Source: an uncultured Sphingomonas sp.
GTDB taxonomy: Bacteria > Pseudomonadota > Alphaproteobacteria > Sphingomonadales > Sphingomonadaceae
Direction: 5' to 3'
NCBI RefSeq assembly: GCF_913777625.1
Contig: NZ_CAJYTI010000010.1
Span: forward strand, 175,095-239,094
Length of the DNA: 64,000 nucleotides
Every line of letters starts with the position of its first letter. Position 1 is the stretch's first letter. The translations under genes and the position numbers were made by a program. The notes below the pieces were generated by a model that saw only the letters and a list, made by a program, of their open reading frames with translations, did not search any database and was not told the origin of the DNA. Shown here piece by piece: positions 53,055 through 62,428 of this stretch.

Positions 53055-54056
53055 ATGAGGATGCTTGCGCGGTGGTTCGCCCTGATTGCGCTGATGCTGG
53101 CGCCTTCGGCCTGGGCGGCGAACGGTAGCTATTCCGGGCTGTACGTCTTCGGAGACAGTCTGGTCGATTCCGGTAATGCCTATATCGGCACGCTTGGCGC
53201 CGAGCCGAGCCCGGCGAACGGCTATTTCGCCGGTCGCTTCTCCAACGGGTTCAACTTCGCCGATTATCTGAGCTTCATGATTTCGGGCAAGCCGACCACG
53301 GCGCTGTTGGCCGGAGGGCTGAATGCCGCAGTGGGCGGTGCGACGGCGGCCTATGACCCCGCCGAGACGAGCCCCAGCTTCCTCAGCCAGATCGGCTATT
53401 ATGACAAGCTGAACGGCAAACCTATCGATCCGAACGCCCTGGTGCTGGTCACCTTCGGCGGCAACGACGTGCGCGACACGATCGGCACGGGCGGCGCGGT
53501 AGATTTCTCCGCCTCGGTCCAGGCCCTCGCGTACGGGCTGAGCGAACTTTATCAGCAGGGCGCGCGCAATCTGCTCATCGTCGGGTCGCCCGACATCGGC
53601 CTGCTGCCGGCATCGGCCCTTCTCGCCGGCGGCGTGCCGGGGCGACTGGCGGAACTGACCGCACGATCGCAGGCGCTCAACACGCAATTGGCTGCACTTG
53701 CCGGGCTGGCCAACACGGTGCCGGGCGTGACCGCAGGCTATTTCGATCTGTTCGGATACGAACATGACCTTCTCGCCAACCCGGCGGCCTATGGCCTGCC
53801 GAGCACGCTGAATACGACGACACCCTGCCAGATTCCGGGCGCCGGATCGCCGCAACTCGTCAATTGCAGCAACGCGCTGTACTTCGATGCCATTCATCCC
53901 ACGACGCAGGTGCACAAGGCCATTGCTACCGCGATTGCCGGGCAACTCGGCATCCGCGCGGTGCCGGAAACGCAGATCTGGGTGATGCTGATCCTCGGCG
54001 TGGGCATGGCCGGCGCATCGCTGCGCCGTCGCCGCGCGCATGCCGTGCCTGCCTGA
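53055..54056 (+). CDS. SGNH/GDSL hydrolase with PEPxxWA-CTERM sorting tail
   Basis: FGDSL, GRFSNG, GGND, DAIHP; C-terminal VPETQIWVMLILGVGMAGASLRRRR. Confidence 0.92.
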   Translation: MRMLARWFALIALMLAPSAWAANGSYSGLYVFGDSLVDSGNAYIGTLGAEPSPANGYFAGRFSNGFNFADYLSFMISGKPTTALLAGGLNAAVGGATAAYDPAETSPSFLSQIGYYDKLNGKPIDPNALVLVTFGGNDVRDTIGTGGAVDFSASVQALAYGLSELYQQGARNLLIVGSPDIGLLPASALLAGGVPGRLAELTARSQALNTQLAALAGLANTVPGVTAGYFDLFGYEHDLLANPAAYGLPSTLNTTTPCQIPGAGSPQLVNCSNALYFDAIHPTTQVHKAIATAIAGQLGIRAVPETQIWVMLILGVGMAGASLRRRRAHAVPA

Positions 54057-54062
54057 AGACGC

Positions 54063-54101
54063 GAGGTCCGGGCGGCGGGTTTACTCCGCCGCCTGGACCT
54101 C
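54063..54101. terminator. Hairpin between convergent genes
   Basis: GAGGTCCGGGCGGCGG...CCGCCGCCTGGACCTC. Confidence 0.6.
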
Positions 54102-54722
54102 TCCGAGCCACGCAGCCAGTTCGGCATAGGGGATCATGTCGATAAAGGCGATGCCGGCGGCTTCCGCATCGCTCCAGCGGACCGTGCAACTGTGCGGCTT
54201 GAGGCCGGGGACGACCAACGTCATCACCCGGTCGAGATCGAGATGGCTGGGCAGGAGGATCCGCGCGCCGCTCTGCGAGATGTTCTCGAGCCGTACGGCG
54301 TTCGAGACACCGTTGCAGACCAGCCGGGCCGGACCGCAGACCTGGAAGCGGGGCGCGCGCGGAACGGCGCGACGCAGGCGGGCGGCAGGCGAACTGCCCT
54401 TCGCGGTGGCGAGCACGTCCTCGACGTCGATCCGCGCCTCGAACTGCACGCCCGCCCGGCCATCGCTGACCCAGACGATCTTGCCGGTCAGCGCCGGTCC
54501 GCCGCGCAGTTCGACGGTGATCCGATCACCGTCACGCAAGGGCAGGGGGCTGTCGAGCATCATGCCGCTGGCGGAGATGTTGCGCACCCGGCAAAGCTGT
54601 TCGCCGCCGCCTTCCCGCACCAGCTTTCCGACCATCAGCGTCGTCACGGTACGCGGCGCGCGTTCCGCCCAGGCGTCGCCGCCTTCGGTGCTGGGGTCGA
54701 AATTATGCTCGGCTGCGCCCAC
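54081..54722 (-). CDS. Tandem PilZ-domain protein
   Basis: Two NxSxxG motifs (NISASG, NISQSG), W...GxxF strand ends, Arg-rich linkers. Confidence 0.85.
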   Translation of the reverse strand: MGAAEHNFDPSTEGGDAWAERAPRTVTTLMVGKLVREGGGEQLCRVRNISASGMMLDSPLPLRDGDRITVELRGGPALTGKIVWVSDGRAGVQFEARIDVEDVLATAKGSSPAARLRRAVPRAPRFQVCGPARLVCNGVSNAVRLENISQSGARILLPSHLDLDRVMTLVVPGLKPHSCTVRWSDAEAAGIAFIDMIPYAELAAWLGEVQAAE

Positions 54723-54766
54723 GGCGTTGGTCTCCCACTGGCCGCGTACCTGCGGCCTCTACGCAT

Positions 54767-54775
54767 ATTATAGGA
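54767..54775 (-). promoter_or_regulatory. TYCTATAA -10-like motif
   Basis: Minus-strand TCCTATAAT 44 nt upstream of the PilZ gene start. Confidence 0.55.
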
Positions 54776-54815
54776 TGAATGACCGTTCAGCTTGGCATCG
54801 GTAGTGTTACAGTGC

Positions 54816-55268
54816 TCACGCCGGGTTGGCGTTGGTCACCGCAATCTTGTGGACAATCTTCGGCCCGAACGCTTCCGTGGCGGCGGCATCGACGACCTTG
54901 CGGAACCCTTCCAGGTCGGGGAGCATCCCGTCCGGGCCGGCTGCCATCGGCGTGCGATAGGTGCGCATGTTGATCGCGTGGAGCAGCAGCGGCATGCGCT
55001 GGCTGACGAAATCGGCCTTGGCCTCCTCGACCTGGAGTTGCACTTCCATCGAGGCATAGCCCGCCAGCCGGCCGTCCGGGAAGACGAGCGGCACCAGCAC
55101 CTTGCCGGTGGGCACGAACTTGCCGCCTTCGTCCTTCTCTTCCTTCTTCGTCTCCTGCTTGGTGGCACCGCCGCCGATGCCCAGCATCTTCACCATCGCA
55201 TAGGCAGTGCCCCCGCCGGCGGCGAGGCCGGCGATCAGCGCGACGATGAGGAACAGCATCTTCTTCAC
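54816..55268 (-). CDS. FliL-family protein (paralogue 3)
   Basis: MKKMLFLIVALIAGLAAGGG TM segment, KEE linker, FVPTGKVLVPL, MEVQLQV; directly after motB. Confidence 0.75.
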   Translation of the reverse strand: MKKMLFLIVALIAGLAAGGGTAYAMVKMLGIGGGATKQETKKEEKDEGGKFVPTGKVLVPLVFPDGRLAGYASMEVQLQVEEAKADFVSQRMPLLLHAINMRTYRTPMAAGPDGMLPDLEGFRKVVDAAATEAFGPKIVHKIAVTNANPA

Positions 55269-55277
55269 GGGAAACCC

Positions 55278-56123
55278 TTAAAACTTGAAGCTGGCATCGC
55301 TCGGCAGGGCCGACGTCTGGCCCTTGAGCACGATGCTGATGCGGCGGTTTTCCGGACGGTTGGGCTGGTCGGGATAGACCGGTTGGGTGGCACCCATCGC
55401 GACCACTTCGGCGAAGCGGTCCGGAGTCACGCCGCCGGCGATCAGTGCCGATCGTGCAGCGAGCGCGCGCTGGCCGGAAAGCTCCCAATTGGCATCGCTC
55501 TGGCCGCCCGCGCCGTCGGTATGCCCCTCGATCGCGATCTGCGCGCCAACGGTGGCGATCTTCGACGCGATCTTGGTAAGCAGCATCCGCGCATAGGGAT
55601 TGAGCTCGGCGGTGTTCGACTTGAACATCGGCTGTTGGTCGGTGTCCATCAGCGTGATGCGGACGCCCTCGCGGTCCTGCTTGACGTCGGTGTTCTTCTT
55701 GCCCTGCGCCTGCGGCGTCGCTTCCAGCGCCACCATCAGTTCGGACGCCATCACGCGCATCGTCGCCGGCACATCGGCGGTGCCGCCGCGCGCCGAACCG
55801 TTGGTGGTGACCTCGAAGGTGGGCTTGCCCTTTGCCGCGCTGGGATCGGCTTCGGATCGGCGGGTAGGGCCGCCGGCGCCGGGCGCGGTGTTGCTCACCG
55901 GGGTGGAAGGCGCGCTGTCGGCGATGGTGGGCGAGAAATATTTGGCCAGGCCCTTCAGCCGGTCCTTGTCCGGATTGGCGAGCAGCCACAGCAGCATGAA
56001 GAATGCCATCATCGCGGTCACGAAGTCGGCATAGGCCACCTTCCAGGCGCCGCCGTGATGCGCGGCGGCACTTTTCTTGACCTTCTTGACGATGATCGGT
56101 CGCGTATCCCCCCCGCGGGCCAT
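55278..56123 (-). CDS. motB: Stator protein MotB
   Basis: HHGGAWKVAYADFVTAMMAFF; OmpA-like IEGHTD, NWELSGQRA, NRRISI. Confidence 0.96.
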   Translation of the reverse strand: MARGGDTRPIIVKKVKKSAAAHHGGAWKVAYADFVTAMMAFFMLLWLLANPDKDRLKGLAKYFSPTIADSAPSTPVSNTAPGAGGPTRRSEADPSAAKGKPTFEVTTNGSARGGTADVPATMRVMASELMVALEATPQAQGKKNTDVKQDREGVRITLMDTDQQPMFKSNTAELNPYARMLLTKIASKIATVGAQIAIEGHTDGAGGQSDANWELSGQRALAARSALIAGGVTPDRFAEVVAMGATQPVYPDQPNRPENRRISIVLKGQTSALPSDASFKF

Positions 56124-56124
56124 G

Positions 56125-56457
56125 TTACTGCCCCTTCAACGCGGAGCGCAGGCGATCCTGGACGGCCCCCAGACGCACATGGCTGATCGCCGAGAGCGAA
56201 TCCTCGCCGCCCGCAATCCGTTCCAGCAGGTTGACGCATTCATCGGCGTGCTGGATCAGATAATCGAACGCCTGGAGCTGTTCGAGATAGTTGGCCGCGA
56301 AATGCTCGTCGCAGACGAGGACTTCTGCCAAGCCTTCCAGCTTCTTGCTGATTTCGCGGATTTCGCCCGCCATGACGCTGTGCAGCACGCCCGCGAACGG
56401 ATCGTAACCGGGCAGGGGCTGGGCGTGGGACGGTTCCGACATTGGCAGGCACGACAT
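56125..56457 (-). CDS. Small chemotaxis-operon protein (CheU/CheT-like by position)
   Basis: 110-aa helical ORF after cheD, the slot of Caulobacter cheU and S. meliloti cheT; LQAFDYLIQH...SHVRLGAVQDRL. Confidence 0.6.
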   Translation of the reverse strand: MSCLPMSEPSHAQPLPGYDPFAGVLHSVMAGEIREISKKLEGLAEVLVCDEHFAANYLEQLQAFDYLIQHADECVNLLERIAGGEDSLSAISHVRLGAVQDRLRSALKGQ

Positions 56458-56981
56458 CAGAAAAGCTCCAATTCTCCGTCGGGGGCGGCAACAGGCAGGG
56501 GGGCGACCGGACGTTCCTGAACGCGCTCCGCCACCTTGGTGCAGCGGCTCTTGCCCTCGTGCGGCAGGAACTCGACCTTGCGGGCGAGCGTGCCACCGAG
56601 ATCGCAATGCGCGATCGTTATTCCCTCGGTCTCCATGAACCGGCGGGCAAAGGCTGCGTTGGACGAGCCGATGCCCCCCAGGCCGGAGATGATGTTGGCG
56701 CCACCATAAAGATGGGCCTGCAGCCGCGGGCGCGAGGCGCCCTTGGCCATCATGCTGTTGATCAGCAGTTCCATCGCATGCACGCCGTAGCGTGCCATGT
56801 CCGAGCTCGACACCTTGTGGTCCGCGCCCGGTTCCCCGAGCAGGAAGTGGTTCATTCCTCCCACCTTGGCGACCGGGTCGTAGAGGCATGCGGCGACGCA
56901 GCTTCCGAGCAGGGTCGAAATCAGGACATGGGGCTCCGCGATGACCGCGTTTTCGCCCTGTACGATGGACACTCTGCGCAT
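56457..56981 (-). CDS. cheD: Chemoreceptor glutamine deamidase
   Basis: ISTLLGSCVAAC, GGMNHFLL, YGVHAMELLIN, ARKVEF. Confidence 0.95.
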   Translation of the reverse strand: MRRVSIVQGENAVIAEPHVLISTLLGSCVAACLYDPVAKVGGMNHFLLGEPGADHKVSSSDMARYGVHAMELLINSMMAKGASRPRLQAHLYGGANIISGLGGIGSSNAAFARRFMETEGITIAHCDLGGTLARKVEFLPHEGKSRCTKVAERVQERPVAPLPVAAPDGELELF

Positions 56982-56982
56982 A

Positions 56983-57372
56983 TCAGGTCAGCTCGCCAAA
57001 GACGCGTTCGATCTTTTCCTTCAGCGCCGCCGGCGCGAAGGGCTTGACGACATAGTTGTTCACGCCCAGCGCCGCCGCCTTCTGCACGACCTCGCGGTCG
57101 GACGAGCCGGTGAGCATGATGAACACGGTCTTGCCGATCACCGGGTCGGCGCGAACCGCCTCCAGGAACTGCAGCCCGTCCATCTCGGGCATGTTGTAGT
57201 CGGAGATCACCAGATGGACGCGGTCGCTCTTGATGGCGGACAGCGCCTCGGGGGCGCTGGCCTTGTCGCGAACGTCCTTGAACCCCAGGTCCTGCAGCGC
57301 ACGACGGATCATCGCCCGCATACTGGTCTGATCATCAACGACCATCACCTTGATTTGTGATGCAGCGGGCAT
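56983..57372 (-). CDS. cheY: Chemotaxis response regulator (CheY2-like)
   Basis: VVDDQ, ISDYNMPEMDG, MLTG, YVVKPF. Confidence 0.93.
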   Translation of the reverse strand: MPAASQIKVMVVDDQTSMRAMIRRALQDLGFKDVRDKASAPEALSAIKSDRVHLVISDYNMPEMDGLQFLEAVRADPVIGKTVFIMLTGSSDREVVQKAAALGVNNYVVKPFAPAALKEKIERVFGELT

Positions 57373-57374
57373 TG

Positions 57375-58421
57375 TTATGCGCTCCCAACCTTAACCGTTT
57401 CTCGACAAGCCTTCAGGATGGCCTCCGGCATCGCCGACAGGCCGACTTCCTTCTCTACTGCACCCGCTTCCTTGGCGGCGCGGGGCATGCCCCAAACCAC
57501 GCAGGTCTCCTTGGTCTGGCCCAGCGTCCGGGCACCGGCCCGGCGCATCGCCAGCAGGCCCTGTGCGCCGTCGCTGCCCATGCCGGTGAGGATCACCCCC
57601 ACGGCACCGGCGCCCAGCTTGGCGACCGACCGGAACAGCACGTCCACCGACGGGCGGTGGCCGGTGACGGGGTCGCCGGCAAGCAGCTTGATCCGGCCAT
57701 TGGCCCCGCCCGAAAGCTCCATGTGTCGTTCGCCTCCAGGAGCAATATAGACGGTTCCCGGGGCCACCTGGGCGCCATCCGTAGCTTCCACGACGTTGAC
57801 GCGGCATTCGGCGTTCAGGCGCTGCGCGAAGCTGCGCGTGAAGCTGGCCGGCATGTGCTGCACGATCAGGATCGGCGGCGAATCCTCCGGCAGCGAGGGC
57901 AGCAGCGAGAACAACGCTTCCACGCCGCCCGTGGACGATCCGATCGCGATCAACTGGCCGGCAGTGCCGCCGCTGGCGCCGACGCTGGGCTGTGCGGGCA
58001 GGCGCTGCGGTCCGGCGCGGGCGACCGAGCGTGCCGCGCTCTTCACCTTCTCGCACAACAGGCCGGCATCGCGCTCGATATCTTCGGGCGTGCCGCTCGG
58101 CTTGGTGACATAGTCGACCGCGCCGAGGCGAAGCGCCTCGATCGTCACTTCCGCGCCGCGCGCGGTGAGGGTGGAGCACATCACCACCGGCATCGGCCGG
58201 AGGCGCATGATGCGCTCGAGGAACGACAGGCCATCCATCCCCGGCATCTCGACGTCGAGCGTCAGCACGTCGGGGTTGAGCGCCTTGATCATGTCGCGGG
58301 CCGCAAACGGCTCCGGCGCCATGCCGACCACTTCAATCTCGGGGTCGGCCGAGAGCATCCGCTTCAACGTCGCGCGCATGGATGCGCTATCGTCGACGAT
58401 GAGCGTGCGAACTGGTTTCAT
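57375..58421 (-). CDS. cheB: Chemotaxis methylesterase
   Basis: Receiver LDVEMP; GSSTGG, QHMP, HRPSVDVLF, LTGMGSDGA. Confidence 0.96.
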   Translation of the reverse strand: MKPVRTLIVDDSASMRATLKRMLSADPEIEVVGMAPEPFAARDMIKALNPDVLTLDVEMPGMDGLSFLERIMRLRPMPVVMCSTLTARGAEVTIEALRLGAVDYVTKPSGTPEDIERDAGLLCEKVKSAARSVARAGPQRLPAQPSVGASGGTAGQLIAIGSSTGGVEALFSLLPSLPEDSPPILIVQHMPASFTRSFAQRLNAECRVNVVEATDGAQVAPGTVYIAPGGERHMELSGGANGRIKLLAGDPVTGHRPSVDVLFRSVAKLGAGAVGVILTGMGSDGAQGLLAMRRAGARTLGQTKETCVVWGMPRAAKEAGAVEKEVGLSAMPEAILKACRETVKVGSA

Positions 58422-59305
58422 GCCCTGGACTCCGGCTTTTGGTAAATAGTGTGCCCGCACGAGCGCATCTTGCTCGCCGCGGGGCCGATCAGCCGTTCCG
58501 AATGACCGATATAGAGGAAACTCCCCGGGGCGAGCTGCTCGACGAAGCGATGCTCCAGCTCTTCCTTCGCGGGATCCCCGAAATAGATCATGACGTTACG
58601 GCAGAAAATCACATCATAGGCGGCTTTCAGCGGCCACGGTTCAAACAGGTTGAGTACCTTTGCGGTGACCAGCTGGCGCGCCTCGTCGGCCATGATGAAG
58701 CCACCTTGCGTGGGCTTCATCCAGCTCGAGCGATACGGTTCCGGCACGCCCGCTGCGACGTTCTCGGCATAGACGCCCCGCTGCACGGATTCGACCACAT
58801 GCGGCGCGATGTCCGTTGCCAGCAGTCGCACGTCGGCGTTGCGCAACCACGATGCATGGCTGCGGTTCGGCCCGAGCAGGCACATCGCGATCGTGTAGAC
58901 TTCTTCCCCCGACGAGCAGCCTGCCGACCAGATCCGGATCGGCCCCTGCTTGCGCTGGAGCGTGGGGATCACGGTCTCGCGGAAATGGTCGAAATGGTGC
59001 GGCTCGCGGAAGAAATGCGTGTGGTTGGTGGTCAGCGCCACCACCATCGCATGGCGTTCCTCGGCATCGTTGTGCACCAGGTCGACATAATCGCAGAACC
59101 GGGTGAGACCGAACTTGCGCAGCCGGCGAGCGAGACGCGACTGGACGAGCGTCGTCTTCGCCTCGCTGAGCGAGATACGCGCATCCTGGTACATGATCGC
59201 GGCAATGGCCTGGAAGTCGCGCGGCGTGAGATCCGCCGTCTGACCCGGGGCCATCGCGGTCGCGGCGCCGGCGGACGCCGCGCTGGCGCCCCCGGCGGCG
59301 CTCAT
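58418..59305 (-). CDS. cheR: Chemotaxis methyltransferase
   Basis: TTNHTHFFRE, IWSAGCSSGEEVY, ATDI, DVIFCRNVMIYF. Confidence 0.96.
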   Translation of the reverse strand: MSAAGGASAASAGAATAMAPGQTADLTPRDFQAIAAIMYQDARISLSEAKTTLVQSRLARRLRKFGLTRFCDYVDLVHNDAEERHAMVVALTTNHTHFFREPHHFDHFRETVIPTLQRKQGPIRIWSAGCSSGEEVYTIAMCLLGPNRSHASWLRNADVRLLATDIAPHVVESVQRGVYAENVAAGVPEPYRSSWMKPTQGGFIMADEARQLVTAKVLNLFEPWPLKAAYDVIFCRNVMIYFGDPAKEELEHRFVEQLAPGSFLYIGHSERLIGPAASKMRSCGHTIYQKPESRA

Positions 59306-59796
59306 GCGGCCAGATCCAGATGCTTGGTAAGGCTCAGCGCGTTCAGGTCGAGCAGCAGCACCATGCTGCCATTCTCGTCCCGCGTGCCGTCCTTGGCGCG
59401 GGTTGCGATGCGGACGAGGCCCGCGATCACGCTTTCCTCAAGCGCCGTCTCCACCGCGGGCGCCGGCTGGATCTCGTTGACGTTGATGCCGACGATGTCG
59501 TTCACCTCGTCCACCAGGAAGCCCGCCTGCTTGCCCATGATGTTGACGACCAGGATGCACGAGCGGGCGTGCAGCTGGCTCGGCTCCCAGCCCAGCCGCT
59601 CGGCCAGGCCGACCACCGGGATCACGTTGCCGCGCAGGTTGGTCACGCCCTTGATGAAGCTGGGCACGTTGGGAAGCGGCGTCGGCTCGTCCCATTCGCG
59701 GATTTCGATGAGCGCGCTCATGTCGATCCCGAAAATCTGCTTGGCGAGCGAGAAGGTAACGATCTTACGATCATTGGCGGTGTCGGGGGTGCTCAT
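59302..59796 (-). CDS. cheW: Chemotaxis coupling protein
   Basis: TPLPNVPSFIKGVTNLRGNVIPV, GFLVDEV. Confidence 0.95.
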   Translation of the reverse strand: MSTPDTANDRKIVTFSLAKQIFGIDMSALIEIREWDEPTPLPNVPSFIKGVTNLRGNVIPVVGLAERLGWEPSQLHARSCILVVNIMGKQAGFLVDEVNDIVGINVNEIQPAPAVETALEESVIAGLVRIATRAKDGTRDENGSMVLLLDLNALSLTKHLDLAA

Positions 59797-62066
59797 GCTG
59801 CCAGTCCTTTGGGCGTGAAACGGGTAGGCGAGGAAACCAGCGCCTCGATATCGAGGATCAGCGCGATCGAGCCGTCGCCGAGGATGGTCGCGCCACCCAG
59901 GCCGCGGATCGGATGCAGGTTCTGATCGAGGCTCTTGATCACGACTTCGCGGCGGTCATCGATGGTGTCGACGACCAGGCCGACCTTGCCCGAGCTTTCG
60001 CTCTCGACGATCACCACCAGCGAGTCCTCGATGGCGCGGTCGTCGTTGAGGCCGAAGATCTCGGTCGCACGCTTCACCGGCAGATATTCGCCGCGCATGT
60101 CGATCACTTCGTGGTCGGGTGCGGTACGCTTCACCTGGCCCGGCTCGGGCTGGATCGTCTCCAGCACGTGCGTCAGCGGCAGCACGAAGCGCTGGCCGGC
60201 GAGCCGCACGATCATGCCGTCCAGAATGGCCAGCGTGAGCGGCAGGATCATCGTGAAGGTCGTGCCTTCGCCCGGCACCGAGTGGATCTCGACGCGGCCG
60301 CCCAGGGCTTCCACGTTCGACCGCACCACGTCCATGCCGACGCCGCGACCCGAGATGTTCGAGATCTTCTCCGCGGTGGAGAAGCCCGGCGCGCAGATCA
60401 GCTGGTCGATTTCCTCGTTCGTCAGCACCGCATCGGCGCTGATGATGCCCTTTTCGACTGCCTTGGCGCGGACGCGTTCGCGGTTGATGCCGCGGCCATT
60501 GTCCGCGACGCGCACGAAGATCCGGGCGCCCTTCTGCTCGGCCGAAAGCTTGATCGTGCCCGCCGGCTCCTTGCCGGCGGCGATCCGCTCCTCGGCGCTT
60601 TCCAGGCCATGGTCCGCGGCGTTGCGGATCATGTGGGTCAGCGGATCGCCGATCTTCTCGATCACGCCCTTGTCGACTTCGGTCGTCTCACCGATCGTCT
60701 CGAGGTTGATCTGCTTGCCGGTTTCCACCGAAAGGTCGCGGAGCATGCGCGGCACGCGGCTGAAGGCCTGCCGGATCGGCTGGGCGCGCAGCGACATGAC
60801 GTTGTCCTGGATCTGCCGGGTGAGGCGGGCCAGTTCGGGCAGTTCGACGCGCTGGCGATCGGCCGGCGACAGCCGGTCGGCCAGAATCGAGTTGCGGATC
60901 ACCAGCTCGCCGACCAGGTTGAGCAGCAGGTCGAGCTTGACCAGGTCGACGCGGATGGTCTGCGCGGCTTCGTTGACAGGCTTGGCCGGGCCGCCGGCGC
61001 CACCGCCTGCGCCGCCACCACCACCAGGACCACCGGTACCGCCGCCACCGGCGGGCGGACTTCCCGACGCCGCGGCGGGTTCCGGCGCAATCGCAACCGG
61101 TGCCGGCGCAGCCACAGGTGCGGGGGCAGGCTCGGACGCCGGAGGTGCGCCCAGGTCCATGAAGTCGTCGACCGTCGCAGTGACGGGCACGAACGGAATC
61201 TCGTCGCCGTCCAGCGCCGCTTCCGGTGCGCCTGCGGGCGGGGTCGCCTCGCCCATCCGCTTGATCTCGATGATCGAGTCCGGTGCGACGAAATCGAAGC
61301 AGTCGGAAAGGTCGCTCTCGGGCAGCTCGGCCGGGGCGTGTATGACCCAGGTGACGTAGCTGTCTTCCGGATCGATCTCGCGCAGGGACGGGATGGTGCT
61401 GGTGTCGACGGATGCGACACGCGCGCCCAGACCTTCGAGTTCGCGGACCGTCAGCAACGGCTCGCCGGCATTGGCCAGCGCGGCGCGTGACGGCTTGAAG
61501 CGGACTTGCCAGCCGGCAGCCTCGTCATCACCCGGACCATCCAGATCGGCAAGCGAAACGCCGACCGGGCGGAAGCCGAACTCGTCTTCCTCTTCCTCCA
61601 TCGCGGGCGCCGGCGCGGGGGCAGGCGCTGCGGGGGCAGGGGCGGGCGCGGCAGCAGCCGGGGCGTCGCCATCGGGCACGCCCTTGTTGGCGAGCACTTG
61701 CTCGAGCGCGCTCAGCGCAGCGCCGTCGTTCGGCCGCGAGGCGTTGCCCTTGGCCGCCTCGACATGGTCCGACAGCACGTCGAACGAGCTCAGCATCACC
61801 CGGATCACGCCGGGCGTAGGGACGATTTTCCCGGCACGCACTTCGTCGAGCACGTTCTCGAACTTGTGCGCGAAGGCGGTCAGGTCCGAATGGCCGAAGG
61901 CGCCGGCGCCACCCTTGATCGAGTGGATCGCGCGGAACACGCCGGCGATGGTCTCGCCGGACAGGTCGCCCGCCTGCATCGCCGACAGGCCTTCCTCGGC
62001 CGTCGTGAGGCCTTCAGTGCACTCTTCGAAGAAGATTGCCTGGATATCGTCGAATTCGTCGCTCAC
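59793..62066 (-). CDS. cheA: Chemotaxis histidine kinase
   Basis: Hpt FRAIHSIKGGAG, HMIRNAADHG, DNGRGI, GFST...SGRGVGMDVV, CheW-like domain. Confidence 0.97.
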   Translation of the reverse strand: MSDEFDDIQAIFFEECTEGLTTAEEGLSAMQAGDLSGETIAGVFRAIHSIKGGAGAFGHSDLTAFAHKFENVLDEVRAGKIVPTPGVIRVMLSSFDVLSDHVEAAKGNASRPNDGAALSALEQVLANKGVPDGDAPAAAAPAPAPAAPAPAPAPAMEEEEDEFGFRPVGVSLADLDGPGDDEAAGWQVRFKPSRAALANAGEPLLTVRELEGLGARVASVDTSTIPSLREIDPEDSYVTWVIHAPAELPESDLSDCFDFVAPDSIIEIKRMGEATPPAGAPEAALDGDEIPFVPVTATVDDFMDLGAPPASEPAPAPVAAPAPVAIAPEPAAASGSPPAGGGGTGGPGGGGGAGGGAGGPAKPVNEAAQTIRVDLVKLDLLLNLVGELVIRNSILADRLSPADRQRVELPELARLTRQIQDNVMSLRAQPIRQAFSRVPRMLRDLSVETGKQINLETIGETTEVDKGVIEKIGDPLTHMIRNAADHGLESAEERIAAGKEPAGTIKLSAEQKGARIFVRVADNGRGINRERVRAKAVEKGIISADAVLTNEEIDQLICAPGFSTAEKISNISGRGVGMDVVRSNVEALGGRVEIHSVPGEGTTFTMILPLTLAILDGMIVRLAGQRFVLPLTHVLETIQPEPGQVKRTAPDHEVIDMRGEYLPVKRATEIFGLNDDRAIEDSLVVIVESESSGKVGLVVDTIDDRREVVIKSLDQNLHPIRGLGGATILGDGSIALILDIEALVSSPTRFTPKGLAA

Positions 62067-62428
62067 GGGCAGACGCGGCGGATCGCCGCCCCCAGCTTGG
62101 TGGCCTCGAACGGCTTGGTGATCCAGCCGGTGGCACCGGCGGAGCGGGCGCGCTGCTTCTTCTCGTCCGAGAATTCGGTCGAGAGCACGAGGATCGGCAC
62201 GCCCTTGAACTCAGGCACCTGGCGTACTGCCTCGATCAGCTCGAACCCGTCCATCTTCGGCATGTTGATGTCGGTGATGAGCAGGTCGGGCTTGACCTCG
62301 TGCATGCGCTCCAGGCCATGCTGACCATCGTTCGCGCTTTCGATGCGAAAGCCCTGCGCGGTCAGCGACGTCTTGAGCAGCATGCGCATGCTCGCGGAGT
62401 CATCGACGGTAAGGATCAGCTTGGTCAC
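62063..62428 (-). CDS. cheY: Chemotaxis response regulator (CheY1-like)
   Basis: LTVDDS, ITDINMPKMDG, LVLSTE, GATGWITKPF. Confidence 0.93.
   Translation of the reverse strand: MTKLILTVDDSASMRMLLKTSLTAQGFRIESANDGQHGLERMHEVKPDLLITDINMPKMDGFELIEAVRQVPEFKGVPILVLSTEFSDEKKQRARSAGATGWITKPFEATKLGAAIRRVCP

Noticed and set aside
60960-61700. Gly/Pro/Ala repeats in cheA
   Set aside because: Ordinary flexible linkers around the P2 domain
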